A stretch of DNA of 64,000 bases from Chrysemys picta bellii (lineage: Eukaryota), in contig NC_088801.1 of NCBI RefSeq assembly GCF_011386835.1, positions 56,916,001 through 56,980,000 on the forward strand, written 5' to 3'. The notes beneath the pieces are model-generated. The model was not told where the DNA came from. It saw only the letters and a list, made by a program, of their open reading frames with translations, and ran no database searches. Position 1 is the first letter of the stretch. Each line of letters opens with the position of its first letter. This document shows positions 24,402-36,402 of this stretch, piece by piece. A program made the position numbers and the translations under genes.

Positions 24402-26103
24402 TATGTCACTAGAGGTGGTTTTGGAATTAATTAATAAACTTAACAGTAACAAGTCACCGGGACCCGATGGCATTCACCCAAGAGTTCTGAATGAACTCAA
24501 ATGTGAAGTTGCGGAATTATTAACTATGGTTTGTAACCTGTCCTTTAAATCGGTTTCTGTACCCAACGACTGGAAGATAGCTAATGTAATGCCAATATTT
24601 AAAAAGGGCTCTAGAGGTGATCATCCCAGCAATTACAGACCGGTAAGTCTAACGTCAGTACCGGGCAAATTAGTCGAAACAATAGTTAAGAATAAAATTG
24701 TCAGACACATAGAAGAACATAAATTGTTGGGCAAAAGTCAACATGGTTTCTGTAAAGGGAAATCGTGTCTTACTAATCTATTAGAGTTCTTTGAAGGGGT
24801 CAAACAAACATGTGGACAAGGGGGATCCAGTGGACATAGTGTACTTAGATTTCCAGAAAGCCTTTGACAAGGTCCCTCACCAAAGGCTCTTAAGTAAATT
24901 AAGTTGTCATGAGATAAAAGGGAAGGTCCTTTCATGGATTGAGAACGGGTTAAAAGACAGGGAATAAAGGGAAGGAATTAATGGTAAATTCTCAGAATGG
25001 AGAGGGGTAACTAGTGGTGTTCCCCAAGGGTCAGTCCTAGGACCAATCCTATTCAACTTATTCATAAATGATCTGGAGAAAGGGGTAAGAAGTGAGGTGG
25101 CAAAGTTTGCAGATGATACTAAACTGCTCAAGATAGTTAAGACCAAAGCAGACTGTGAAGAACTTCAGAAAGATCTCACAAAACTAAGTGATTGGGCAAC
25201 AAAATGGCAAATGAAATTTAATGTGGATGAATGTAAAGTAATGCACATTGGAAAAAATAACCCCAACTATACATACAATATGATGGGGGCTAATTTAGCT
25301 ACAACGAATCAGGAAAAAGATCTTGGAATCATCGTGGATAGTTCTCTGAAGACGTCCATGCAGTGTGCAGAGGCAGTCAAAAAAGCAAACAGGATGTTAG
25401 GAATCATTAAAAAGGGGATAGAGAATAAGAAGGACAATATATTATTGCCCTTATATAAATCGATGGTACACCCACATCTTGAATACTGTGGTCTCCTCAT
25501 CTCAAAAAAGATATACTGGCACTAGAAAGGGTTCAGAGAAGGGCAACTAAAATGATTAGGGGTTTGGAACGGGTCCCATATGAGGAGAGATTAAAGAGGC
25601 TAGGACTTTTCAGCTTGGAAAAGAGGAGACTAAGGGGGGATATGATAGAGGTATATAAAATCATAAGTGATGTGGAGAAAGTAGATAAGGAAAAGTTATT
25701 TACTTATTCCCATAATACAAGAACTAGGGATTACCAAATGAAATTAATAGGCAGCAGGTTTAAAACAAATAAAAGGAAGTTCTCCTTCACACAGCGCACA
25801 GTCAACTTGTGGAATTCCTTACCTACGGAGGTTGTGAAGGCTAGGACTGTAACAGCATTTAAAAGAGAACTGGATAAATTCATGGTGGTTAAGTCCATTA
25901 ATGGCTATTAGCCAGGATGGGTAAAGAATGGTGTCCCTAGCCTCTGTTTGTCAGAAGGTGGAGATGGATGGCAGGAGAGAGATCACTTGATCATTACCTG
26001 TTAGGTTCACTCCCTCTGGGGCACTTGGCATTGGCTACTGTTGGTAGACAGGATACTGGGCTAGATGGACCTTTGGTCTGACCCAGTACGGCCGTTCTTA
26101 TGT
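24402..26103 (+). mobile_element. CR1 LINE, 5'-truncated, RT domain and 3' UTR largely intact
   Basis: ORF2 pieces KSPGPDGIHPRVL, SNYRPVSLTS, QHGFCKGKSCLTNLLEF, SGVPQGSVLGP, KFADDTKLL, ending KSINGY*. Frameshift at about 24803, stop at about 24964, small deletion at about 25488. Ends GCCGTTCTTATGT. Confidence 0.97.
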
Positions 26104-29000
26104 ACTGGAGGGCAAACACACCAGTCACATCCCTTAGGCACCAACATAACCCATGGCCAGTCATACCAAAAGCTGTTGAGGGGTCCATCATAAGCAAATG
26201 ACTGATAAACACTGTCTAAAATCAGTAGGAGATCATTACTGGCATGGGGCAAGTGCAGTCTGAATGTGAGGGGAAGGCTAGTCCCTGCCTACGATGTCAG
26301 TGTCCAAATGCAAGTGGAACTGAATAGCCACTGCCTTCTTAAATTACCTTCACTGAAAATGGAAGGTTTCAACGTGGATGTAGCTAGAGCTGTGCCAAAC
26401 ACAACCTCCTAGATTCAACACTCAAGACTTGGGGATAGTTTGGATCCAAATCCGAACTCTACAGGTCAGACCCATATCTGGCTACACCCGTTATGTCCTT
26501 TTGAGTGTGTCCATCCTTTATGTCTGGTAAAGGGATTCTGATCTGTGACTTTTTCTTAGATCGCTAATTAAACGCAAAGACCAAGTAAAACCTGACCACC
26601 TTGCCATTCATTTCTGTATTTGAAAAGCTCCTATTTTACAAATGTGCCTTCATGTCTATGCAAAGTTTTGTGAGGCCCAAAATAGCTTGGTGCCAAGTGC
26701 CTGCTGATTTTGAAAACAAACAACGAACATCAACCTTTGTTAATTCAGAGCCCCAGCGATGGAGTCAAGACCTTATTGCAACTTTGATTACAAGAATCAC
26801 TACAGTAACTTAAGTGCTGGAAGCCTGCACGTCCCTTCAATATAGGATCGAACCTGTAATCCAATAGCCAGACTACAAGATTAGGAGGTATCTAATGTCA
26901 TTTTGGGGAGTTAACTTTTAAATAAGAGTGACAGTAGTAAACTGAGCTGAGTTAATAAATGAACAGCACCGTTACTATGTGGCGAGGATCCCATTTGGGA
27001 GCATCACCCCAATAAAAAGCACTGAACTTTGACTCTGTGTATGTCACAGAGCGAAGCACTGTAACATCACATACAAACCCCCTATTTTAACAGATGTCCT
27101 GTCGTCATCCGGACACCTCCTGGCTATGCAGTTGAAGCTGCATAGACCTGCGGCGCTCCATGTCAACCCATGTTCTGACTGATCCCAAGCAGGGAAGCGT
27201 CACTGGGGCAGCCCACCCATAGTACTGTAAAAGCATTTTACTATTACCCTTTGTGCCAGGCTGCAGTCTGTGGCCACCAATGTACGACACTGAGGATGCA
27301 CCCATGCGGTGCAAGGTTGTGGTGAGACCCCCACACACACACACATTACTCAGATGCCTCGGATCATCTGTGTAGGTACAGACTTAGGTTTGGCAATGGT
27401 TGTGTTGGTCAGTGATCTCCTCTAGTCAGAAGTTGCTCCAGACAAAAAACTTCAGTGTGCCACCCCCCTTCTCATAGAGCTCGAGTGGCAGTTTTCTCTC
27501 CATCATGATGGAGGGGCATCCAGGCCAAATCTGCCTCCCTTGGCAGCTGCCTAGTTAATCTATAGCTAGAGATGTCTCTGCTCCCAGTGATGAATAAAGT
27601 TCAAATATCAATTGTCATCTGGTGCAAACCAGCACACCAGGGGCTTCAGTAGAGCCACATGAGTTTGCACCAGCTAAAGCTCTTCCCCCTGCCCAGCTGT
27701 ACTATTATTGGATCTGTCAGCTGCCTTCAGTTACCATTTGATCAGAAGGGGTTGAGGACTCACCTAGGGACCCTAGCAGGACTGTACTTCAAATGAAAAC
27801 TCATACATAGATCCTTACATGATATAAGTATTTCATTTTTGGAACACTGCTTTGTGCTTTTCCCTTCACGTGCTCCCCCAAAGTTATTGCATCCCTGGAA
27901 CTTCAGCAGTCCTGTGCAGCGAGTGAGGCAGACTAGGATTCTTAAAGTCCCTGTGCCACCCCACCGAGTGGCTCCTCACCTCCATCCCACAGAGTGAGCA
28001 TGATGCCCTACCATGCTGGGCCCAAAAGTTCTCACCATCATCTGGCCTGCTACGTTGCAGTCAGGGGCTTCTGTGCCCTGTACACAGGCAAAATCATTAG
28101 TCAGGAGTTCACTCAGGTGCACGCATACACACACACACACACACACACTCTTAACAAAGGTTGGAAAAATAGCTATGGAATATGGGGCTTGGCATAAGAT
28201 AGGGAACAGGCTTTTGTTTCAACTCCTCCTCACTTCCGTTAACTCTTTCTTATCATAATTCAGTTATAGACGTTATTGTTAATTGCTATCATCTTTCAAA
28301 AAGCAAATACCTGACACAAACCAATTTGCATGCAAACAATACTCTGAGCTAGCAAAAGAGCAGTGCCGGCATACAAAGATATGCTCTTTTACAAAACCGT
28401 GTAACAAAAGGGCTAACTGCATAAATGGCCAAGTTAAACAAGACCTAGTGAGAGCTAATTTGGTGCTCCCTGGAAGGTTTGTAGAGGCACACATAGGAGC
28501 TTTGAACAGAAAAGAAAGATCAAATTAGCCCTGTGGGATTTGTGGTTTGTTACCTTGCCCATTTGAACGGGCCTCCATCTTCAAATGTGTGTGCCTCAAG
28601 GGAGGCACTTACCTCCAGCATTTAGGTGCTTAAATAGGTGGCCTCATGTTCAGAGGCACTGAATACCCATAATTTCTATCACAAGTGCTCAGCACCTCCA
28701 AAACAATCAGAACATCTGCTTAGTCACCGGAATCTTCACTCCTGCAACTGCGTCCATGTGAGTGGACTTCCATCTGTTTGCAGAGTGTCAGTGAAGCCAG
28801 GAGTTAAATATGGAGCCTTTCAAGCAAACACATCTGAAAATGTTGGCCTTAGCCCTTTTCTCAGGTGGGTGTCTTTACAGCTCTCATCTTCATACATCTG
28901 AATTGTACTTTTTCTAGCTGGGCTTTTTTCCCTAATGAAGTTTGGGGGTTGATGTACATAGTCAGTAAATCATCTTGGGGGCCCTGTTCTTCTCAATGAA

Positions 29001-29248
29001 ACATAAGAATGGCCATACTGGATCAGACCAAAGATCCATCTAACCCAGTATCCTGTCTTCCGACAGTGGCCAATGCCCCAGAGGGAATGAACAGAACAGG
29101 TAATCATCAAGTTATCCATCCCCTGTTGCCCATTCCCAACTTCTGGCAAACAGAGGCTAGGGACACCTTTCCTGCCCATCCTGGCTAATAGACATTGATG
29201 GACCTATCCTCCATGAATTTATCTAGTTCTTTTTTGAGCCCTGTTAAA
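29001..29248 (-). mobile_element. CR1 LINE 3' end fragment
   Basis: Reverse complement of the 3' UTR seen at 25900-26103 (ACATAAGAATGGCCATACTGGATCAGACCAAAG...). Confidence 0.92.
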
Positions 29249-32238
29249 GATTCTTCTTAAGTCACAAGCCTTTTCTGCTACAAGACTGGCTTGCTCGAGC
29301 ATGTTGTCTGTAGCCATCTCTAAATCTGTCAAGAACTTGCTCCCTTTCTGACTACTAACAGATTTATTTCACCACGGTCACATGCCTGATGAAAATGAAA
29401 ACCTTGCCAGTTCCTGGGCTACAGATCCCTTCCCCTTCTTCTTCCCTGTTGTTTTGCACAAACTAAAGGCATCTGGGTATATCTGTGGTTTTGGAGACGT
29501 ATCACGTGACATGGAACAGTGAGAGGTAGCTTGTGTAAATTCTCCAGGCAGATCTACCATGGATGACCAGGAGCAAGCAATTACTAGTTAAAAGAAGTCA
29601 GAAGGGAGAGACTATAGAGATGACTGAAGGTGAATAATCAAACTATTGGCCTTAATGAATGAGATAAAGAGCAGAAGAGAGGAGATGTGGCATCTCATTT
29701 ATATGGAATATCGTACATTATCCATTTCTTGGGGATGAGCAACAAGACACAGCTCTGTCTCTGTGCCCAGCTAGAGAAACATAGGGTCTAAATGTATGAA
29801 GTATGAAGTCTGCAACATGTTCTGACACCTCCAAGGGAAGAATTTGGCCTGACAGATGCTACCAGGGAAATGTGTGCTGTGACAGTGGAGGAATGAAAAA
29901 CTTGTAAAAACAGAGATTGTGCAATGGAAGGAGGCAGCCATATTATTTATATCACAATAGCACCTAGAGGCTCATCCAGGACTGGGAGTATGTTGCACTA
30001 GGCCCCAGACAGACACATTGTAAGAGATAGTCCCTGCCTCAAAGAGCCTACAGTCTAAACAGACAAAAAGATATTTCCTCCCTATTCTCATTTCTATTCA
30101 GTTTTCACACCCAATATATCACAATTATTTGCAAGATGCTCATTTATAAATAGCCTTTGACTCAACTTCCCAGGATAAGAGGAAATGCTTTTCCTTTTAA
30201 AAACCATGATACTTTTGACTTTCAAAAAATGTTGCCATGAGATAGGTTTGTACAGAGGGCCTACTCTTTCCTTTTATTTTTCATTTTTTAAAGCCACAAG
30301 CAATCTAAAATATAGAACATCAAAAGACCACATGAAAAGGTTGTCTGGATCTGTTAAAACATAAAGAAGGCTCTACCAGCCAAGGGCAAAAGTTTAGCAA
30401 CAATAAAAGTGTCATTGGGGTTTTTTTGTGCCTTGCAAGAAGGAAAAAGTTTGTGGTCATGTTTTCCAGCTTTATGTATATTTGTCTATCATTTTAATAT
30501 AAACAGGGTGTATTTATAAAGCCTAAAGAAATGTGAAACAGATTCACTGGTTCCTGAATTCCAAGAAGCATCTTCAAGGATGATAAGCAATTAAAGAGCA
30601 GAGTCAAACTTTCATGACACTTCTGACCAAGGGTTTTATTTTTATTGCACAAAATTCAGTATGTCAACAACAGCTATGTACAGTAGCAGCAGCAGCACCC
30701 ACCAGTCCTTCTGTTGTGAGGGCCCTGCCAACATTCCCACCAGAATCCCATTTTTGAAGGGAAACTGATGCTTAAATTCACATGCAGCTTGGCAGAAAAG
30801 TTCGTAGCCAGATGCACTTTAAAAAAAAAATACATACAAATTGTATCTACTTAGAGCAATGCTCCACCTGTGCCCCAGCAAACAGGGCCTACATTCCACA
30901 GCCAGGGTATCTCATGAATTAGAAATTCTGCAGCAGCCACAGGGAGATTAAATACAAGCGAGGATTTTATTGAATTAGGAAGGAAAATGAACAATGCAGT
31001 CAGTGCATTAGTTGATGCAGCTCCCAACTGCTCAGTTTTCAGAGAGCCACAGATTTTTGTATTGACAAGGCAGAAAGGCAAGTGTCTGAGAGGAACTGGA
31101 GGTTTTGACAGCTAGACAGTGGAAATCTGGGGCATTTTGTTACTGGGGAAGGTGTGGTTTAGTTTTTTGGGGATCTACGAGGCAATTGAGGTTTTTGGCA
31201 CAGCGGGAGGGAGGCACACCTTTTGAATTACATCAGTGGAAGGACAGTAATGGTCCTACTGAAGAAGCTCATCCAAAAGATTAGCAGACCAAATACAATA
31301 CCAGCGGAAGGTTCTGTAAAGCACAGCATTTAGTTCTTTCCAGAAGTTTCACTTCAGCTCTACAAAGTAAGTAGCCACAGAAATTGAACCAAATTCCAAG
31401 ATGATGAATTAGGAGATGAGAGTTGGATGTCAATAAGTGGGTGTAATGGAGTCTAAATTTCTGTAACTTACCTCCTCTGGATAGACAACTTAATCTCCCT
31501 CATAGATTTCCACAACAACTTCAATAACCACAACCCGTCTATTAAAACTCTTTCTGGAACATTCCCACACCAGCATCAACTTCCTAGACACCACGATCAG
31601 TTTCAATAACAGAACTCTACAGACAATTATATACAAGAAACCCGTGGATCACCCTGGATCCAGTAACTACTCCAAACACACCAAGAAATCTGTTATCTAT
31701 AGCCAGGCACTCAGATACTACAGAATATGCTCCAAGGAGAAAGTCCGGGATACACACCTTAACACACAAAAATGTCTTCACCAAACAAGGACATTCCACC
31801 AGAGAAGTAGATCACATCATGGAACAGGCCACCCAAATACCCAAAGAGAACCTGTTTCACTACAGAAATAAAACCCCCTCTGAGCACAAACCCCTAGTTG
31901 TTACCTACCACCCCACACTGGAACTCAGACAAACAACTACAACCCATACTGAGTGAAGATCCCATCCTGAAAGAAATCTCCCCTGAATCCCTTCTTTTGG
32001 CCTTCAAACAACCCTCCAACCTCTCCAAGCTCATCATCAGAAGCAAACTCCCCAGACTAGGACACACCAACTCAAAGCAGCACAAGACCCTGCCAGAACA
32101 ACAGATACAAAACCTCCAGACATATCTCTGCTGCTATAATGATCAATACCCCTGTAGTGAGGCAGCCTGGCTCCCACTTGCCCCTGCAAGGGACAAGCCA
32201 GAACAGCTGCCGGAGTGGGCAGAGTCACCGCCGCCTGT

Positions 32239-32280
32239 CCCCGCCCCCCGGAAGTCAAGGGGCGGGACAGGAAGTATAAA
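32239..32280 (+). promoter_or_regulatory. LTR core promoter (GC boxes, two ETS-like sites, TATA)
   Basis: CCCCGCCCCC (32239-48), CCGGAAGT (32248-55), GGGGCGGG (32259-66), CAGGAAGT (32268-75), TATAAA (32275-80). Confidence 0.6.
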
Positions 32281-32352
32281 GGCCCGGCCCCAGCGCTCAG
32301 TTGCGGCCCGACCGCGGGAGAGGGCAAATGCTGGTGCCCGAGCTCCTGCTGG

Positions 32353-32503
32353 GCCGCGCCTGCCCCGGGCCCGGTATCCTGAGGAGGACTGGCCGCGCCT
32401 GCCCCGGGCCCGGTATCCTGAGGAGGACTGGCCGCGCCTGCCCCGGGCCCGGTATCCTGAGGAGGACTGGCCGCGCCTGCCCCGGGCCCGGTATCCTGAG
32501 GAG
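32353..32503 (+). repeat. 39-bp tandem repeat, about 3.9 copies, inside the solo LTR
   Basis: GCCGCGCCTGCCCCGGGCCCGGTATCCTGAGGAGGACTG, three identical full copies plus a fourth partial copy. Confidence 0.97.
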
Positions 32504-33480
32504 CGGATTGAACTTCCCCTCACTGAGGGTCCGGAGGAGCCGCCCAATCTACCCAGCGCTCGCTGCCCTGAGGAGCCCATGATCTGGGACACGGCGGACG
32601 AGGCTAAGGACGTGAAGGTAGCCATGGAGGAGGAGATGGGAAGTGGCCCAGGGATAGCAGACCCTGAACCTATGTCAGTGTGTTGCGGTCAGGATCCCCA
32701 CTGACCCAGCAGCAGAAGGATTGCTGCTGACAGGGCCCCGGGTTGGAACACAGTGGAGTGGGTGGGCCTGTGTTCCCCCCCTGCCACCCCACGCCGGGTG
32801 GCAGTCTCTCCTCCTCCCCTGCCTGAGGGCCTGAGCCCGGGACTACTGATTGCTTGCGACCCCGCCCCGACTTAGGGCTTGGACCTGTGAGACTGATCTG
32901 TTCCCCAGCCCCGTGGAGTGAGGCAGCCTGGCTCCCACTCGCCCCTGCGAGGGACGAGCCCCCCATCCGGATGTCTACAACCCCGAACACATCTTTCAAG
33001 ATCCACGGGTCCTGCACATGCCTATCACAACATCCAGTGCACTAAGTGCCCCAATAGCTACTGTGTGGGTGAAACCAGACAATCCCGGAGCTCGTGAATG
33101 AACTCACACAGGAAAATGATACAAGACAAAAAAGCACCCTATCACCTGTGGGTGAACACTTTTCACAAAGACATCACTCTCTATCAGACCGATCAGTCCT
33201 CATCCTCAAAGGAAATCTGCACAAAAAACTTTCAAAAGACAAGCCCAGGAGCTTAAATTCATAACTTTATTAGACACTAAAAATCATGGACTGAACAGAC
33301 ACACCTGATTTAAGGTTTATTGCAACAATCTGTAACCCACTGACACCCCACCACCACTAGTGGCTTTTCTTCCCCTCCCCTTCCTTTCCTCCTATGGCTG
33401 AAGGGGTGTTAATGGGCATACTTCACCTTGAATGGCCCCTTATACTATGTGTTAACTACATATGCGAAACAATCTGTTCT

Positions 33481-33601
33481 ACATGGATTTTGTAAAGGAA
33501 AATCATCAATCTATTAGAATTCTTTGAGGGGGTCAACAAACATGTGGACAAGGGTGATCCAGTAGATACAGTGCCCTTGGATTTTCAGAAAGCCTTTGAC
33601 A
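33481..33601 (+). mobile_element. Isolated internal CR1 RT fragment
   Basis: Matches 24742-24870 of the larger CR1 copy (CATGGATTTTGTAAAGG...TTTCAGAAAGCCTTTGACAA). Both ends are missing. Confidence 0.88.
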
Positions 33602-34469
33602 ACTCTATTTTTTATTTGTATGAGTATTGACCGAATTTGTTCTTGTTAGCATCCTCCAGGCTTCTGTTCGCAACAAAACTGGTCAAACATGTCTCCTTTA
33701 ATATTTTCTCCAGAGATTGCATGACATTTTACAATTTTTTCTGTAGTAATTTCAGCTTCATTCAGTAATAATTATAAAAATAAAATGGGGTGTTTTGTGG
33801 GAACCATATTGGACACCTAAACAACAGTTAAAAAGCCTCCTGCCAACTCCCTTGTTAAAACTGGCTTACAGCTAGAAGAGGAACTAGCATGAAAACCAGC
33901 CCTAAGACTGAAATGAATGGAACCAAAAACCTTTAAGGTTCATATCAGAGCAGATAGCTTACTTGGTACCCAGACTAAGGCCTGTTTTGCTCAAACTCAC
34001 CAAATCTTCTCAGCCCAAATTCCCTGTGTAGGAAATCCATGGTGAAGATCTGTGTGGTTTTTTTAGCTTCTGCTGGATCAGCTGTTTATAAATCTCTTAT
34101 GCCCTGGGCCGTCTGCAGGGTCAGAAATGCACAGTGCGTTGTGTCAATGCAGTGTAGGTTCTGTGTTTTGGGCAGCTGGGGAATTGCCTTGCACAGAAAG
34201 ATGAGGGGGACACAAAGTAAGGTGAGTGGATCCTCATCCCAGTTCCATCTGCCTTTCACAGCTGTTAGTGTAATGGCCTGCTATGCCAAACAATGCACAT
34301 TCCAATGGGGGAAGAGTACAAACATTCCTGAACAGCTTGGCAGCCACAGCAGGACACAGAGGGGCAATTTCAGAAGTGCTCTTAATGAGCACACATGCAG
34401 CTAAGGCGAATTACAGGGCCCTAGAAGGCCTAAGTAGCTCCTTGAGCAATACGTTTGCAAATGTGAGCA

Positions 34470-34670
34470 CATGAAGTGATCATCCTTTCTCCCCCTAGTT
34501 AATAATAGTGTATCAGGGCTCCCATCTTGGGATCTTAAGGTGCTTTCACCATTACTCTGCCCATTTTAAAGAAGGCTAACAGAAGCACAGAAGGTGGTTT
34601 TTCCCAAGATGAGTGATTGGCAGAGCTGGGAACCCAGGAGTCCTAGCTCCCAGTCCTGTGCATTAGCCAC
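34470..34670 (-). mobile_element. MIR-type SINE
   Basis: CCCATTTTAAAGAAGG...AAGATGAGTGATTGGCAGAGCTGGGAACCCAGGAGTCCTAGCTCCCAGTCCTGTGCATTAGCCACAAGACC. Confidence 0.7.
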
Positions 34671-36365
34671 AAGACCCTCTTTTCCCTATTTGGCCCTGCA
34701 GCACTTCTTTTCTTCCTTCTTCTGGTCACAATCTCTCTCCCGTTTCTTCTTGTCTTCACCACTGCTTCTCTTTATCTATCCCCTTGTCCTTTCTTCCCCC
34801 TTTACTTTTTCACTGGCCCTCTTCCCACAGTGGCTCAGCCTCTGTCTCAGTCCTTCCTGACCCTGAATTTCTTTGTTACCCCATCTGCCTCACATCATGG
34901 CTGACCCCTGTGGGTTGGACGTGCTGCTGCTCAGGACCAGGAGGCAACAGTGCTGGATACCTGTTCCTGTCCATTTCCTGACCCACTGGGCCACAATGAG
35001 TGTCAGTTGGAAGTGAGGGGGCCAGCAAGGAGAGCAGTGAGAAGAAGGAAGTCTTGACAGCATTCTCAGCCTGCCTGAAGCAGCTTCTACTGTCCAAGAG
35101 AAGGACCTGAAGGGGAAACCTTGCTCCCTGCCTGTAGCCTTGCATTTGGATGACATTTCAGCTCTCATGAGTGAGAGAGTGACATCAGGAGCACATGAGC
35201 AACACGTGGCAGGTCTGAGCCACCCTTGGATCCGGGGATGCCACTGACCAAGGGCTTGTGTGATTCTTTCCTCCCTCTTCCCCCTACCCAAGTACTACAG
35301 GATCTACAATATGAAAAACAACATGCTACAGAGAACAAATATTGAAAGTTCAAACAAACTAATGTGAACAAAGAAGAATTCGGTTCTGCTTCTGCGTAAT
35401 AGAAATGAATGGCGTGTTATATCACCTGATATTCTGCATCCCCCTCATGAAGAACAGCATCTGCAGCACTACAGATGGCGCTTGCTGAATCCTGAATTTC
35501 CTTGCTTCACTGGGATTAGTCAGTGCCATAATGTTTCTTTAACTTTTTTTTTTTTGGGTGGTTAAATTTTTTATATCATGTTTATCATCTCAGGGAGCTT
35601 CTGTAAATAATAGCAAACATGCATGCATTAGGGTCACAAAATTGTTAAAATTTTAATGCAGTTTATTCTCTCTGGAATCCACAGTTCTCCTGACCCAAGA
35701 TGTTTGTACTTCTGTGAGGAGCAAAGTGGAAAGATTTCCCGAGCTCTCCAACAATTATTTTGAAATAATGACTTCATATCCTTCCTAGTACAACACATAA
35801 ACTACCGATATTTAACTGAGATAGAGAAACATTTAGCCTGTGGGTTAATTTGGAAAACATTTTGCTTTTGTTGTTGTTGTAACTGAAATGGAAGGGTGTG
35901 AAGAAGCTTCTGGAGGAAGTTATTTGACGTTCTTGGCCTTTTGCAGAAGTGAATTTAATGCTGGTGAATGATGCCAGAGTGAGAGCGAGGAAACAGAAGA
36001 CCTTTACTGACTCTGCACTAGCCATGCAAGCCTCTCACCCAAACACTTACTCATCAAATAGCGGGGTCTAGAGCTGTCATTTCTGCCATCTGTGTTTCTC
36101 CTCCTACCCTCACCCCCCACCCAACTGCCTTGCTTCCTGGGATCCACAGGTGAAATCCTGGCCCCACTGAACTCAGTGGGAATTTTGCCATTGACTTAAA
36201 GGGGACCAGAGTTTCCACACTTGCCTCTTTCTTCCCCATCTGCTTCTACAGTCAGAACCTCCATATTTGTTCCTAAATTTTCCTTCTTTCTGCAGTAACC
36301 CCAGTCACCCAAGTACTCATCACAAGCTCCAGTACTGTGTTGTGCATTCATTATGCTTTTCCACC

Positions 36366-36368
<3 letters not shown>

Positions 36369-36400
<32 letters not shown>
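36369..36400. repeat. (AC)n microsatellite
   Basis: Directly visible. Shorter (AC)n runs at about 18236-18256 and 28126-28148, and (TA)n-rich runs at 36632-36683. Confidence 0.95.

Positions 36401-36402
<2 letters not shown>

Larger units (their letters stand above)
32153..32979 (+). mobile_element. Solo LTR (827 bp), TG...CA ends, 5-bp TSD
   Basis: Starts TGTAGTGAGG, ends TGTCTACA. ACCCC lies on both sides (32148-32152 and 32980-32984). The PLE sequence rejoins when it is removed. Confidence 0.9.
31492..33479 (+). mobile_element. Penelope-like retroelement (RT C-terminus, thumb, GIY-YIG endonuclease), degenerate, interrupted by a solo LTR
   Basis: [48 protein letters not shown]; after the LTR, CTKCP..YCVGETRQS..RMNSHRK, PVGEHFSQ, ELKFITLLDTKNHGLN. 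Confidence 0.92.

Noticed and set aside
29250-29385. Minus-strand acceptor-like site followed by an open frame (ACDRGEINLLVV...)
   Set aside because: No donor site, runs into a CR1 fragment, and no recognisable protein.
32353-32503. Regular ~39-bp repeats resembling a CRISPR array
   Set aside because: Units are head-to-tail with no unique spacers, in a vertebrate LTR context.
31898-32704. 268-aa ORF, the longest in the window
   Set aside because: Chance in-frame join of a frameshifted PLE remnant and the inserted LTR, with no evidence it is a gene.
35774-36025. Minus-strand ORF with a signal-peptide-like start (MASAESVKVFCFLALTLASF)
   Set aside because: No supporting donor, promoter or recognisable homolog; expected by chance in 64 kb.
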